Origin: Styela clava
Lineage: Eukaryota
Direction of reading: 5' to 3'
Assembly: GCF_964204865.1 (NCBI RefSeq)
Contig: NC_135257.1
Coordinates: forward strand, 15,500,001 to 15,564,000
DNA length: 64,000 bases
The translations under genes were made by a program, and so were the position numbers. Position 1 is the stretch's first letter; every line of letters starts with the position of its first letter. A model generated the notes under the pieces. That model was not told the origin of the DNA and made no database searches. It saw only the letters and a list, made by a program, of their open reading frames with translations. This document shows, piece by piece, positions 50,404 to 64,000 of this stretch.

Positions 50404-52261
50404 TATATTCAAACAGTAGCTTTCAATTTACTTTCGGGTGTAGAAATTGTGGTATGGTTTTATTTTGGCCCTCGTTCGGATATGAAGTGGTTTAGAAGTA
50501 TAGTTGCTTATATCAAAGCCAAATGAATGTAAGCCATGTAAATTTCAAGTTGATTTTCGATATGATTATATACCATTCCTCATTATTTGCTAAACTTGTC
50601 AAAAAATTGAGATAAACTTATATAATTATGAAGTTGAATTATAAACTATAAACAGCAGCACAGCTCGATTAATTTTCGTTCGTATATGAAAAACCATAGC
50701 TTTCAAACATGTAGTTACCGCAACGAAGTTCTATGTTGCATCTCCACCTAGCGGTTGTCGTGGCAATATTTTAATACTCTTTTTTATGTAGTGGTAGGAT
50801 TGCAGAATACCAGAAAAAGCGGTTTTTATAATTTTGCTGGAATGTATAATGTGAAAAAATAATCTTGAAGATTATTTCGTAGATTTTCATTGCATAATGT
50901 AAAACTAAATTCTTGACTAAATGATCAATCGTCCTCTGTCAAAGCCTATACAAAATATTACTTTGGGCTCATGACTGCATAGAAGATAATGCATTGTGGC
51001 TCATCAGCATGTTGATTATTCCAATTGCAAAGAGTTATATTAATAGTGGATATATTTGTGCTGATTTAGGCGTTTAAACTGATTTGCATTCGCATTGCAA
51101 CTGAGTCGCCTATTTTAGACTAATCTGTGGAGACCGCACGTCGTACTAAAAATAATTGTTCTCGCAATTGAAATCTATATCTTAATGCCACGTTTTTAAC
51201 TCTATACCCTTAAAATTTATATTCCATAAATAAATGAGCTTCAACGGACAAAATATTAGTAAGTGAATGAGGCTTATAGACTTGCTCCAACAATGATTTA
51301 GAACAATAATTGTAAGACTTATATATTTTGAATATAGTCGAGGCTTCGTTATGACTCAAATATCCGTTAAATTTTGCGCTATTGTTTTTAATCACGTTTC
51401 GACGAGCCGACTGGTAGTGAATACCAAGCGAGAGATGTACCCCCATCTTACATATTGTAATTACAATATGTAAGATGCCAAAAATTTCCCCGTACTTCGT
51501 AAATGTTTGTTCAACGTATAGCTCTGCACTAATTAAAGTATTTGTAAGGCAAAATCTTGAGATAGATGCCGATCATCAGTGAAGCTAATGGCGTACAGAT
51601 TTCAAAGTGATCCAAATCTAAGAGACCAAAAGGGGATAAAAATAAGTATTTTAATATTTAAAAGTTACTCACAATTGTAACCCTTTTTTAAACCAGATAG
51701 CACGTACCGACAAAAGGGTGAAAATCGACAGTGCAACATTAATAGAGTATAATATACCTTTGAGCTATGTGTGTGTCTCATATTACATATAACTATGGAC
51801 CATACTGTAGACAGGAAATTAATTGTCAATACTTGAGCCTTAAATATGTATTCTTTATGTGGCCAAAATAACATTGTCACAATTGCTGTCAAATCAATAA
51901 GCTTCTATGTTTGCAGCTCAGGTAATTTGATGTAAGCGCTCTACAGTGTAAAATGTGCATGAATCAGTTTAAAATAATTGTCGAATCGTAAACAATCGGC
52001 GAATCTATAAGGTTGGAGTATAGCGTATAAAGTTATAATGGGCAACATCAACTTTTTTTGAGTTCCAATTCGTCAGCCTGCCATTTAGGCTTAGTTGTTT
52101 CTTGTTTTATGACGTAACAGTGGATAAGAGCTCAGCATCATCTGAACAATTTCTATCGGTAATATCCTCGACGGCGACGGTCCTTACAATCTACAATCAC
52201 ATTGCATGCTTTTATGTTTATAACTTCAGTGTTTTTTATCCACGATATGCATTATTTAAAC

Positions 52262-52577
52262 CAGAGGTGTGCAACCTTTAATACAGGAGGGCCAAATACA
52301 AATAACTGGTGTACCCGCGGGCCGCACCTCTATTTGACATAGGCTTTCCAGTAGTTGCAGGCACAAAAATTGTAGGTATTGTAGCGTCATAGGCATAGAT
52401 AATAAATTGGCATTAAAGGTATAGGCTTTGTAACGCACAGATTACTCGCAAGTACCAGATTCAACTAAATTAAAAACTTATTTCGCGGGCCGGACACCAT
52501 TCAAAATTGGCACTTACCAGCGGACCGCACCCTTTTTCATTGCGGGTCGCATTTGGCATTTAGGTGGCACACCCCTG
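52262..52577. mobile_element. hAT/Charlie-like MITE
   Basis: CAGAGGTGTGCAACCT ... AGGTGGCACACCCCTG; perfect TSD ATTTAAAC. Confidence 0.85.
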
Positions 52578-53407
52578 ATTTAAACGTTACTTGTTGACAT
52601 GCTTTGAATAAACGTATGAATTACCTATTCAGGATTTTGCAAAAGACTATCCTAAGTGGCTCTAACCATTTCATATAAAAAGTCTTGTCAACAATTTTGT
52701 GGCTATTCATTATCAAAATCGCAACTAAACTCGGTTATTCATTTTCACTTTCATGTTACACGACAATAGTGGAAAATTCACTTCGGAAGCACTAGTTACA
52801 GTGCCTTCCATTTTAAACAAATTTTTGCAATTCATATGCATTAATATGGTCCATTGTCAGGAATCGTCTTTTCGACTTGCAAAAATTTGAATGGAACAGT
52901 AAGACGTTCGTTCATATTCACCGCACGCTTAAACCATAGATAAAAGTGTCGTTTAGCTTTAGCTAGATGCAACTCATGCTGCACAGATTATAATAATCCA
53001 GGCAACTTGGCTCCTGTACGGTAAATTGCCAACATCCTTCCGGTGGTGTACGCAGTTGGAGCTCATCAATTGATTTTGAATATGCACGTATTGTCGGTGC
53101 GACACTATTAGCAGCAGTCGTGATTTGAATTTACTTCTCTGCAATTTTCCAGTTTCGTGCTACTATTTCGAGTTGAGTCGATAGGTTTAGTCAGCTAGAT
53201 AAGATGTTTAGAAAAGATTTTTTCAACATTGAGAGGTTTTGAATGGCGAGAACAATAAAAATTTAAATATTTAAAATTTTTCTCGCATGTCTATGATCTT
53301 TATCCGCGGATTGAAATCTTCCAAATACTTTTCTCCACTGCCAGCAGACCTAAATGTGGGATGTACAAGAAGAGGCGTAGATTAGGATTGCAAAATTTCA
53401 GTGACTT

Positions 53408-53528
53408 GGAATAGGATTTTCATATTTATTCCGGGGAAAAGGGAAGTAAATAAGAAGGTGCAACAATGTGGCGTACATTGGCTTCTCGTCTGGTTACCAG
53501 TCCATGTCGGGTATGGCATTTGTCAGTT
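53408..53528 (-). mobile_element. 3' fragment of the SINE-like family seen at 30650-31072
   Basis: Reverse complement shares TACCCGACATGGACTGG and the AATAAAT(A/G)TGAAA..CCTAT tail. Confidence 0.55.
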
Positions 53529-55837
53529 CTTATGGGGTCTAAGTTTAATTTAAATATATTCGCGGAAAGTGTGAAGGAAATTTCGAAAATTTGGCAAATA
53601 AAGCTCCACTGACCTGTAGTATAGTTGCTATTCTGTATTTCTATTTTAACATTAAAAAGGCTATGATTAGCAATTGATTTCTGGGTCTCCAACTTTAATT
53701 AATACTTTTGTATTAATTTAGCTTTCTGTTAAACACTTCAAATTATTTTAAAATGTAATATTTATCGGTAATTAACATTAGGGTTATAAATTATATTAGA
53801 GTCCAGGACTGCATTTGATATTATATCGTGGGTTTAATTTTAGCTTTCAAACCATTGGTTTCAAATCTAATACAGTTTTCTTCTTTCATTTCAACTGCCA
53901 AAATGATACTACAGTAGGCTACAGTACAGTACAGTACAAAACTACAATACAGTACTACATACATTTAAATGCTATTAGATTGGGTGTTAATTTTCTACTG
54001 TACAGCGATCAGTACATTTTAAACTTTATTGAAAACGGAAATTTTGTTCCATCAACCTCAATCATAGGAAATGAGAAATATTTAACATCAAGGACTAACA
54101 ACTTTGGAACCAATTATTTTTTATTGTTGACAAAAAAAAAATGGCGTAGGGCATTCAACTTTATACTCAATACCGATCTCCTTATAAGACAATTCATTAC
54201 CAGTAGTTTGATTATGCTTGTTTCAACATGAATGTAATATATATTTTTTTAATATTGATGTTCTCACAGTTTGTATAATAGTAACCATGGCTTCCTGGTA
54301 TTTAATGAATGCGTAATAATAATCTATATATTCAATATAATATTAAACTATAATTTAAATATAATTAATATTATTGTTGGCCATTACGCAAACTCATTTG
54401 GGTCTGCTACAATATGTACACTGGTTTGAATCATTCCATCCGGCGCATCCTGTGTTGTTACCAACATTGTTAAAAAAAACAAAAAAATCACAGAATTAAC
54501 CAGGAATTATAATGAAATGCATGCCGTCGTGAATAGCCAAGCAAGATTGAAAGACTACTTATGCAATTAACCAAAGATATATACTAGAATCATGTTCGAT
54601 TGGGTGTTTTGAAGTGGGAAGTTTTTCACTGTTTTTCTTGTAAAATTTACTGAAGTAATTATATTTACGCATCAATTAATTCATCGCTGCCCAAACTCTA
54701 TTGAAATCGTGACCAGGATTATTTATTTTGGTGAATCGAAAAATATAAGTCCGATCAAGCATGGAAACTAGCATTTGAATTAGGATTTTTGTGTTCCACG
54801 TATGGAAGAGGGTGCTACTCTGCGTCGTAATTTTCACGCAGAAGTAATAAATACGCTATGCCGGCTCGCAGCCCATTAACAAAACAACAATTTTAATATA
54901 AGACCAGGCTGACTGTACCCTATTATTAGTGTGGTGGGGGTACGGCTGATGACAAGATTAGAGAAAAGGAGTCTGCTAGTCTTGATGGTAAATGAAGAAA
55001 ATAATCACGAGTTAAAACGGTTTTAATTTGGACGTGTGAAAATATTTACTCATTTGCTACAAGCGGTCAATACATATGGTAGACTATTAATTTAATTTGA
55101 CTATTAACTATTTATTAATACAGCTAATGCATACATACCTTTTTCTTCTTTGCGCTTGGTAAAAATTGTGAGTCTGATTTCACGTGAATGGAAGTATACG
55201 ATAAAGTACGACTGGTGGGTTACATTGATAAATGTTCTACATTCAAAAATTGTCCATGGTTTAATTTGCGATATAGAATTAGCTAGAGAGATAAATATTT
55301 ACTGTGGTTTATCGTGAATAAGTAGTATTCTGACTGAGAAACAAAAAATGATTGTAAGAGAGTAAAACGGGTGATCGCCAAATGTGTTAAACAATAATAT
55401 CCGTGTCATAGTGTACGAATATTTTATTAATCAACAAATTTTGTATGACGGGCTCCGATTTTGGAGAAACTTTTCATAAACTGAACATTATTTTTAGGGC
55501 GTTTGTTCTGTGATATTTCGTTGTCATAAGATTATCTACTTTTCAAATCTCATGTTTTTACATAAGTGGCGGGGACTTTGTACAAAAGACCCCAATATTT
55601 TACAATGCAAAACGTATATGAGCAATGTGTAAACTTATTTCAATTTTTTTTAACGTGGGCGAGAATTGAAAGGATGTCAGACTGAACGATTGTAGATTTG
55701 AAATTAGCTCAGTGGTTATGTATGGAAGTTGTTGTCAAATCCCGTCTGAAAAATTTCGTTTTTTGTATTCTTACAGGGCACATAAACAATTCCTATTGAA
55801 TAACGAGCATGAGATTGCAACCCTTGCAGCCAACGTT

Positions 55838-58800
55838 ATGAATAGTACAGCATATTCAACTGGCAATGACAGCACTTATGGAAATTATAGCTTGTTCAAC
55901 GACACTTCCAATCATACTACAAACATTACAAATGAAGAAATTGTGCAATCTAAGAGACAGGCGATAGGAGTTGCTTTAGCTGTGTCCGGAAATATCATGA
56001 TTAGTTTGGCACTAAGTGTACAAAAATATGCTCACAACAGGTAAGATTTGCATATCAAATAGTAGACTATACTAATGAATTAAAATATTGCACCTAGCAA
56101 CATATTGAGCTATCAGTTACATGCCATGCCTAAGCGCCTTACTTATATTATATTTTCGGTACTTCCGAAATATGCGCACCAAGATGTCCCACAACCTGAA
56201 CTCTAACCTGCTACAAAACCTGAGTTCAGGTTGTAGGCCATTTTGGTGCGCATACTTCAGGAGGTCCATATTTTCAATATTCTGGTTCCTTATTGAAAAC
56301 GAAATTAAATATGGATCGTTTCGTTATTATGTTGTTGTTAGAATTCTTGCCGGTGGTCTACTGTTACAGATTGCATTCCCGTACTACTTCGTTTTGGTCT
56401 TCGTGTCCAAATATTTGAAAATCACTCCATTGTTTGTTACATCATATTTCAGGGATATGAAATATACGTCGTGACCCAAAAAACAGAACCCATAAATGAA
56501 CATTTATTAGATTTTACACATAAACTTCTGTTTGTGCAGGATTGTACGCAACTTTCAGTAGTCTAGGACGTTTTGTCCAAAAGTCAATTTTTTTTGAAAT
56601 ATTTTGTAAATGGCCTCCTATAGGGAATGCAATCAATGATGTACGATCTCTGATTATCCGACACCAACGCTTCTGTAACAATGTGCCTATAGGCATTGGA
56701 TGCCGACTTGTATTGATTTTTTGAGTGTTTAAGAATGTTTCCTTCATACAAACTGAAATATTCATTACTTTTAAACGATTGTTTTTGACTCATTATCAAT
56801 TTTTTGACTGCAGACTTGGTGACGAGGGAAAATACTGCTTGGACAAATGGTGGTGGTTAGGAATGGTAATGATGGGATTAGGAGAGTTTGGGAATTTCAT
56901 GGCATATGGATATGCTCCTGCTTCTTTGGTTGCACCTCTTGGAAGTGTGGCGGTTTTGTCTAATGTTTTCATAGCTTTTATTTTTCTACGTGAAACTGTC
57001 ACACCACACAGCATTGTAGGAGTCAGTTTAGTCATAGTAAGTTGAATTACATGTTTCAAATTTAGATTTATTATTTTGCCTTAAAGCACAATTGAGTATT
57101 TTTCAATTATACAGTTTCGGTGACTATCTGACTGACATAAACAAAAAAAGGATTTCAGTTTAGTTTAGTGCCTTCTTTCTGCATTTTCTTTATCAATTTC
57201 TAAAAACAAATCTAAACTTGTCTATAAAATGGGTGAAAATATAGTGCTTTTCACGTACGTTTTAACTTACTTGTAAAGAACGAAAAACCTGTTGCGAGCT
57301 GCCACATAATTCAATTAGACTCGTTAATATATTCTTTGAGGATTTTAAAATAGCTATTCAACTATAAGTGTTATCACATATAAATTTTGGAAAACACCGT
57401 AATTTTTACTAAATACAAGATAATATTGTGTATTGTTCACAACTTCATAAAATATTATTAAATGAAAACCTATTGGTCGCCTCTAAATCTTTAAAATAGA
57501 AGAGAGTCTTAGCTTAATAACGCTGGCTTTGCAATGTTCCAATTTGGCTAGTTATTCAGATTCTGGTATTTTCAAGTACAGTATATAAAGCTTTATATTC
57601 AAGATACTGCTTTTGTTGAGCTTGTTTTGTTTATTGTGATCAGTGATCATCTCATAAAGTGGAATCTAACAATGTTCTTCTATTCCGTCTAGATTGGATC
57701 TATATTTCTCATCAGTTTTTCAGCATTCAGTCAGCCTCAATTAGATGTACCAACAATATACGAATATCTGAAAGCATGGAGCTTTTTATTATATATTGGA
57801 ATTGAAATTGTTGCTTTAGGAATTTTATTTTATATATAGTAAGTAAAAATATTTGTAAAACAATAATAACTACGTTTTGAATAAAAATTGTTTTAGAATT
57901 ACAGTAGATCATTTTGTAATTCGATTTGAACTAAACTTTATTCCTCTGTTATTTTCAGTTTCTACAAGAATGTTGAACATTTGTTAATTCTTCTACTCTT
58001 CGTCGCTATTTTTGCGTCAGTCACTGTCATTTCAGCAAAAGCGGTGTCGACTTTACTATCAGAAACCATACGCAGTGGTGTCAAATATATTGCGAATCCT
58101 GTGTTCTGGATCATGCTATTTCTACTACCAGTCACAACAGCAATACAAATTCGTTTTTTGAATAGGGTAAGTTTGTAGATGATTTGTTTGTAGTCATTAT
58201 ACAAACCAGGTTAAATAATAGCTTTCTGGTTGTGAGTAGTTTTTCAAATGTTTGATGTTCTGTACAAATTTTCTTTTCTTATCAATGTCACAACAATTCG
58301 CTTGTAACAGCCATAGCAGGATATGAGTAAGCTTATCATTGATTTTTGCGTATATTTAGACACGAAATGGACCCATGTATCTAGGGATTTGTTCAAAAAG
58401 AATTGTTTTGAAACAATTGTTTTAAATCAAGTTTTTTTTGCCTGTTTTGTTTTAAAATGGCTGTGCTATTTGATATTTTTGTATAAAATATGTTGAAGAA
58501 AACTGGATGTAAAAACTTGCCAAGCGCTTCTTATATGCAATAAATCCTTCAAAACTCCAAAAATATTGATAGAGGCTCATACACACCTTCTCAAGCTGTA
58601 GTTCAGTGGTTTGCGCAGTAAAACGCAACCGGTAAGCCATTACGTTAAAGACCCTGCTACGACGAAATCACTTTGCGAAAATTGAAATGCGATCGAATAA
58701 ATGAGTTTGTAACTTTGTATAACCTTGAAAAACTCTATCGCTTCAACCTTAAAAACAAAGTATGCTAAGCATAAATCACCCGAACAGTATTGACCGTAAT

Positions 58801-60980
58801 ATTGCCATCATTTTATGAGAAAAATGCCAACACATGAACTCGAAATCCATATTATGCGTCATCATAACAGATTAATTGTGAACTTGTGGGTAGTGGCGTC
58901 TTTACATCAGAGGTCTTACAATTAGCATAGGCTAGGCTAGGGTGTCCCATCGTTTATATCAGTATGCCGCCGATGTAAGCATATTCTTCATTATCGCAAC
59001 CCACTCGTTTTGCCGAAGACTGCCCTTGATCTAATAGCCTTTGTAGTAGGCTCGTGACCTACGTTTCATGATTTTTCTTACTCAAAACGTCTCTCTGATA
59101 TTTCGAATGAACATTTCAGTTAAAATCTTATGACATTGGTGAAGATACAAACGTGGCAATAAATGTACGCAATATAAGTAAAAGTCGAAATGAGAATTTT
59201 TACTTACATTTTATGAAATTATAATTCCGGCTGCGTGTGCAGCTGCCAGAATGCAACGTTTTGGCGTAGTTTCGCGGCGATGCAGGGAGTAATTCAACAA
59301 AAAATACAGAAAAATATTGATTCAAAACAAGCCCTCGTTTTTAAAACACGATGTTTGTTTTAGAATTGATAAAAAGCAAAACCCTACATGCATCGTTTTT
59401 TTCATTTTGTATTCTTATTCTTGTTGTTACTGTATGAAAAACCGGCTTTTCTCCTTAATTACAGGACTAATTGCTTTGAAATTCCCAGTGGTTAAAGATT
59501 GTATAATTGAGACAGATTGCATATCCGTACTACTTCGATTTGGATTTCGTGTCCATATATTTGAGCATCGCTATCTTGTTTTAATACTTATGCTTTCATT
59601 ATATAATTAGTGCAAATATTGGTAAATTTGCATATTTTTGTATGAACTTCAATAAACCAAGAAACTGAATATTTGTATTTAACTATGTACTATATTAATT
59701 TTATACATAGAGTGAACCCGCCTCCAGATGTTAAAAGGAAAGACATTTCATCAAAAAAACAAATTTTAACCCCCATTCCTCTTCAACCAAGTTTTACTCT
59801 TATTTTTTATTATTTGAACATTTTATTGAAGCAAAATATAGATTAAAATGACCAGAAATCAGTAAAAGTGGTCTAAGTGTAGTCGTTAGATACCACAAAT
59901 ATACATGCATACACGACAATGAATATAAACATAAGTACTGAATGTACATTTTCAATGTTTAATTTCTGTAAATTCGATAATTTTTTTCATTAATAATGCA
60001 CAGGCAATGCAGCTGTACAATGTTTCTGATGTTGTGCCGGTCAACTTTATATTCTTTACTGTGAGTGCGATATTGGCTGGATCTATATTTTATCAAGAAT
60101 TTTACGGAGTTCCTTTTCTACGTGTATTCATGTTCTTATTTGGATGTTTGTTGTCGTTTATTGGAGTATACATTATTTCTCATAAGTAAGTGTCGATTGT
60201 GAGTTTACAATGTATTTTGAGACATTGTGTGAAATGGATATACGGTATATATATATATATATATATATGAGAAAATTACGTACCTACGTGCAAGTTATAT
60301 CTGTAATTTTTACCGATTAAGAGTGTTATTAGCGTTGATATAACACGTTTATCTGTTTTTTATTTCTATCAAATTGATCTGTTTCACAGAATGCTTACAT
60401 ACGCCACAATACGTACAATTTTGGGAGCTCCCGAAGTATACGTACCAAGATGGCGCACAACCTGAACATAGTATGTGTACCAGGTTAGGGCTGTTCAGGT
60501 TGTACGTCATCTTGGTACGAATACTTCCGGAGCGCCCAATTTTGAATATAGAATGGCCGTAAACAGTCAATCAATTATAATTTTCGATTTGGAATTGGTT
60601 ACGGAGTTATTATGAAACTTGATATTTCTGAAACATAATATAAAAAATAAATATAAGCTTTGTTTAATTAAATTTTCTATTGTTGCTTTTATCGTACATA
60701 AAACCTAAAACCTTATTTCAGAGGTAAAACACTTCCCAAGTGCAGTTGCTGGTGCGGAAAAGAAGAAGACACAGCTAACATTATTGAAAACAAAGATAAA
60801 GATGACGACACCCAGTTGAGTGATATAGAAATTGAAGACGAAAACGATTTAAAAATACCTGAATCGGCTGAAACTTCATCGAGCAATAATCACGGCGATT
60901 TTAGACTTATTGCCAGACTAGCAAATTTTCTGAAACAGACTGAAACCATTTCAAGAGTGCAACCAAAATCGAATGATTAA
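55838..60980 (+). CDS. NIPAL2/3: NIPA-like magnesium transporter (NIPAL2/NIPAL3 type)
   Basis: Exons 55838-56040, 56814-57036, 57693-57838, 57959-58166, 60004-60185, 60722-60980, phases consistent. Motifs IGVALAVSGNIMISLALSVQKYAH, WWLGMVMMGLGEFGNFMAYGYAPASLVAPLG, SVTVISAKAVS, QIRFLNRAMQLY, VVPVNFIFFTVSAILAGSIFYQEF. Confidence 0.95.
56157..56268. mobile_element. ~110-bp hairpin MITE, copy 2
   Basis: Palindromic; flanked by (A)TATTTT on both sides. Confidence 0.8.
60247..60268. repeat. (TA)n microsatellite
   Basis: About 11 TA units. Confidence 0.85.
60423..60537. mobile_element. ~110-bp hairpin MITE, copy 3
   Basis: GGGAGCTCCCGAAGTAT ... ATACTTCCGGAGCGCCC; flanked by (C)AATTTT on both sides. 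Confidence 0.85.
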
Positions 60981-63900
60981 TGTGATACTGGATGTTGAAA
61001 TAATAAAAATAGTACCTATTAGATATGATGTATTACTCCATGCCTCCACCCGCCTCAATGATTGTTATATATGCAAACAAATATTAGACCATTCACATAT
61101 GGGCAATCTTGTAAACTTCTCTTCATTATTGTAATTTCACCCATTCATTATTTTTGTTGCCAAATTAAAGAAACTATAAGTGTTTCTGCTACACTTAAAT
61201 CCCAAATTAAGTTAATTGAGAAAATAAATAACATATTGACTGTATCCCAGAATTTAAATCGATTTCATGCCACCCAACTTCACGTTCTTTTCATGTCAAT
61301 AAAGTAAAATGCTGGTATTACACGTCCACATCAAAATCAACCGAATGTTGAGTTTTGCATTTCAGTAGTTCTTGTGTGTTCGTATTTTGGTTCTGCACAC
61401 TTAGTGATCTTTGGCGCCACCTCAGAGGAGCGTCTCAGGCGAATCTTGTTTCAGAAATTCCGCTATTGTAGTGCATGTTTTATATTAGACAATAAACTTT
61501 TGAATATTGAAAATATTCGAGTAAAAACATCGATTGCCTTCGCACGTGAAGATAATTCTTATTTTGCTTAGCTGGCAAGTATACATTGTAGCCGGGTATA
61601 ACTCAATTATAATTGTCGAAAACTAGATTTAGGTTTGCAAAACTACTTCCGTCAACGAAATAAAGCTACACTTAGTTAACGCCAATTTTCCAAATATAAA
61701 AACGGATTTGATCGTTTGCATCTTTTCCACCAAAATGTTTTTTCGTGCTCAAGCTATGTAATCTCAACCGCAAACTGCAAAGGTTCCCGCTTGTCAACTA
61801 AATATCTATGGCAGGCTATATTTTTTTCTAAAGAACCTTCGCTTTTTGTATTTTTTTCATCTAGTTGTTTTTCTGACCCCATCGACATGGGTTGTTTCAA
61901 GGATCGTGTTAATCTAATGATATCTCCGTCCTATATTTATGTGATAGGTTGCGGACTCAGTTCTCCAGTAACGTTCAGTTGCGGACTTATTAGCCTGTTC
62001 TGTGCAAACTTTTATATATACCGGGTAATAATAAAACTCTGTTTCGTTATTCTCATTGAATTCATCTCGGACAACAATCAACAACAAGATCCCTTCAAAC
62101 TTAATGGTGCTTTTACAAAACGTTAACTTTCATCAGGTCATATGTAGGAAGAATAAAAAAACTCACAGAGAACATACATATTTATTGTGAATACTAAATC
62201 ACTAAATGATCCCATTGGGTGATGTAGTCAGTATAGATCGAGTTTAGGAAATTTGCGAACTGCGAAAGGTGAAGCTCATCTAGCGTTAGACTGACGGCAC
62301 TGATTTAAACAACCAACAGTAGAGTACGTGATTTGCGGTTGTTGAAACTATTCAATTTAGTTGGCTTATATTAAATGTTTTAATTTTTTTATTATTAGCA
62401 TAAATATTAAAATCACGGCAATTCCAAATACGGAAAATAATGAAGCTGATAGTTATATTGGGGCGAAAAGCAAGGCATTGATTGATATCATATATATATT
62501 ACTTCGATTTATCAAAATTTTGGAGAATAATTATCTTCAGAGATAGTATCACTGTTAAAATTTAAATTTATGCAATGATTATCACAAAATTAGAATATTG
62601 ATTCCGAATCAAACATGCTAAACCAGAAGCAGGTGATCTTAACGAGCATTACATACATTTGAGACTAGAAACGATGAAGCGTTATGCAAAGTCAACCAGT
62701 GGTTGCATCATGTTTTTTTAAATCGGTATACATCGAAAATAATTCGATTCTCTAAAAATATTCAAATCTAGATAATAGAGCGATATTAAGCTTCGGGTCA
62801 TAAGTTGGAGGGTGATGATGGAAGGTATCTAAGCCATTAACTTGTTTCTGATCCATCGTGCCTTTATATATATATAAGCAATGAACAACGCTAATCTAAC
62901 CCTAGATGGCGCTGTAGTAATGAAAAGTTTCACGATAGAGAATACATTAGTGAAGTTCAAAAGTCGGCTTTTGTGATCATCGTAATGGCTTACAATTATG
63001 TACAAGACTAATAAATATATAACAGGGCAATCTTACGACCAATACATGTTTCGTTTTGATAGCGTTCTATAATGCTTAACAATTTTTAGAGTTAATTCTA
63101 TTGTATCTTGGAAACAAATTGCCTATAAAACACGACCCTATTGTCACACGAAAATAAACGACAATAATGAACTTGTCTGGGTTGGTGGCCGTGGAGAACG
63201 ATGGAATTGAATGACGGCATAATGAGTAATTTTTACGCAATTACATGTTAAGTTCAATTTCAACTCATTGTTATTTGGTTTGAAAATGAAATTAAGTAGC
63301 AACGAGGCAGTTGGGGGCATAAATGTAATTTGGTGCATATGTCTAAGGCCGGACACGATCGATGACAAAGTGAACAAAATGAAAGGGCATCAAGAGTTAA
63401 AACTGGCAGAGTAATTACAGTGGAGTTATGATGTCGAAAAGTATACGAAAACTTTCAATAGGTACAAAACCAAAACAATTTTACCGAAACTTTCATTGCC
63501 TACATGACCTCTATTCTCTCACCCTGAAGTAATGTGCCAGTGATTTTCAAACTTTCCGGATTAATGCCCCCCTTCCGACGACTCTCAACATTTGTGACTC
63601 TCTGCTCTTCTATAAAACTATTTAATATAGTCATCGAGAATTATATCTAATTGAGTATTTTGTTCGTGGCCTCCAGGTAATCACTCCGTGGACACCCTAG
63701 TGAGCCGAGGGGACAGTGTGAGAGACTCTGGGATATGCAAATCATCAGATCTTGAAAATAACTGAAATCTTGAATAATACGTACAGTGAGAGGGCGAGAA
63801 CGCCAGAAACTCATTTGCGTCAGTCCTGTCGAAAACCTCAAATATCTTGCATGTCCCTGAGCTATCATTCATTTCAAATGTAAAAAAAATTCCAGCTTCA

Positions 63901-64000
63901 CAGAAATTTTGCGCAACTATGTGCTATAAAACAAAAACATATCCCTATTCTCTTTTATTTTTATTCAACTCATTATAAATTGAAATCGGAGAAAGAATTT

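Noticed and set aside
52100-52190. Possible third GRK exon-1 copy (- strand CGAGGATATTACCGA, 'VEDITD')
   Set aside because: Only ~15 nt match; no ATG, an in-frame stop, and no KWIKKIRF or GTGGGT donor.
53815-54231. 138-aa ORF (likewise 61716-62126)
   Set aside because: Low-complexity AT-rich translation with a non-ATG start and no motifs.
63144-63872. Minus-strand ORFs near the right edge
   Set aside because: No recognisable domain or convincing splice framework; an exon of a gene outside the window cannot be excluded.

Overview
AT-rich, intron-rich animal genomic DNA, not prokaryotic. It is probably an invertebrate chordate such as an ascidian; this is inferred from the CaaX-bearing GRK1/7-type kinase and compact AT-rich introns, and the species cannot be proven here. 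Spliced gene models were built by hand from GT-AG junctions: (1) a secreted three-Kunitz protease inhibitor (- strand, runs off the left edge); (2) a head-to-head, leaderless, apparently tandem beta-trefoil protein with an IL-1/IL-18/FGF-like repeat, containing one frameshift and ending in an N-gap; (3) an orphan prepro-peptide gene with a 17-residue disulfide ring and KR/KR/RR sites; (4) SEC62; (5) a 12-exon GRK1/GRK7-type opsin kinase ending in CTVL, with a second intact, diverged copy of coding exon 1 about 4 kb upstream; (6) a NIPAL2/3-type Mg2+ transporter. Introns and intergenic DNA hold many non-autonomous DNA transposons (hAT, Tc1/mariner, Mutator-like, foldback-like), including 2- and 4-level nests, and a tRNA-derived SINE. 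The best novelty candidates are the swappable GRK N-terminal docking helix, the orphan ring-peptide precursor and the tandem beta-trefoil protein. Most entries in the supplied ORF track are spurious.
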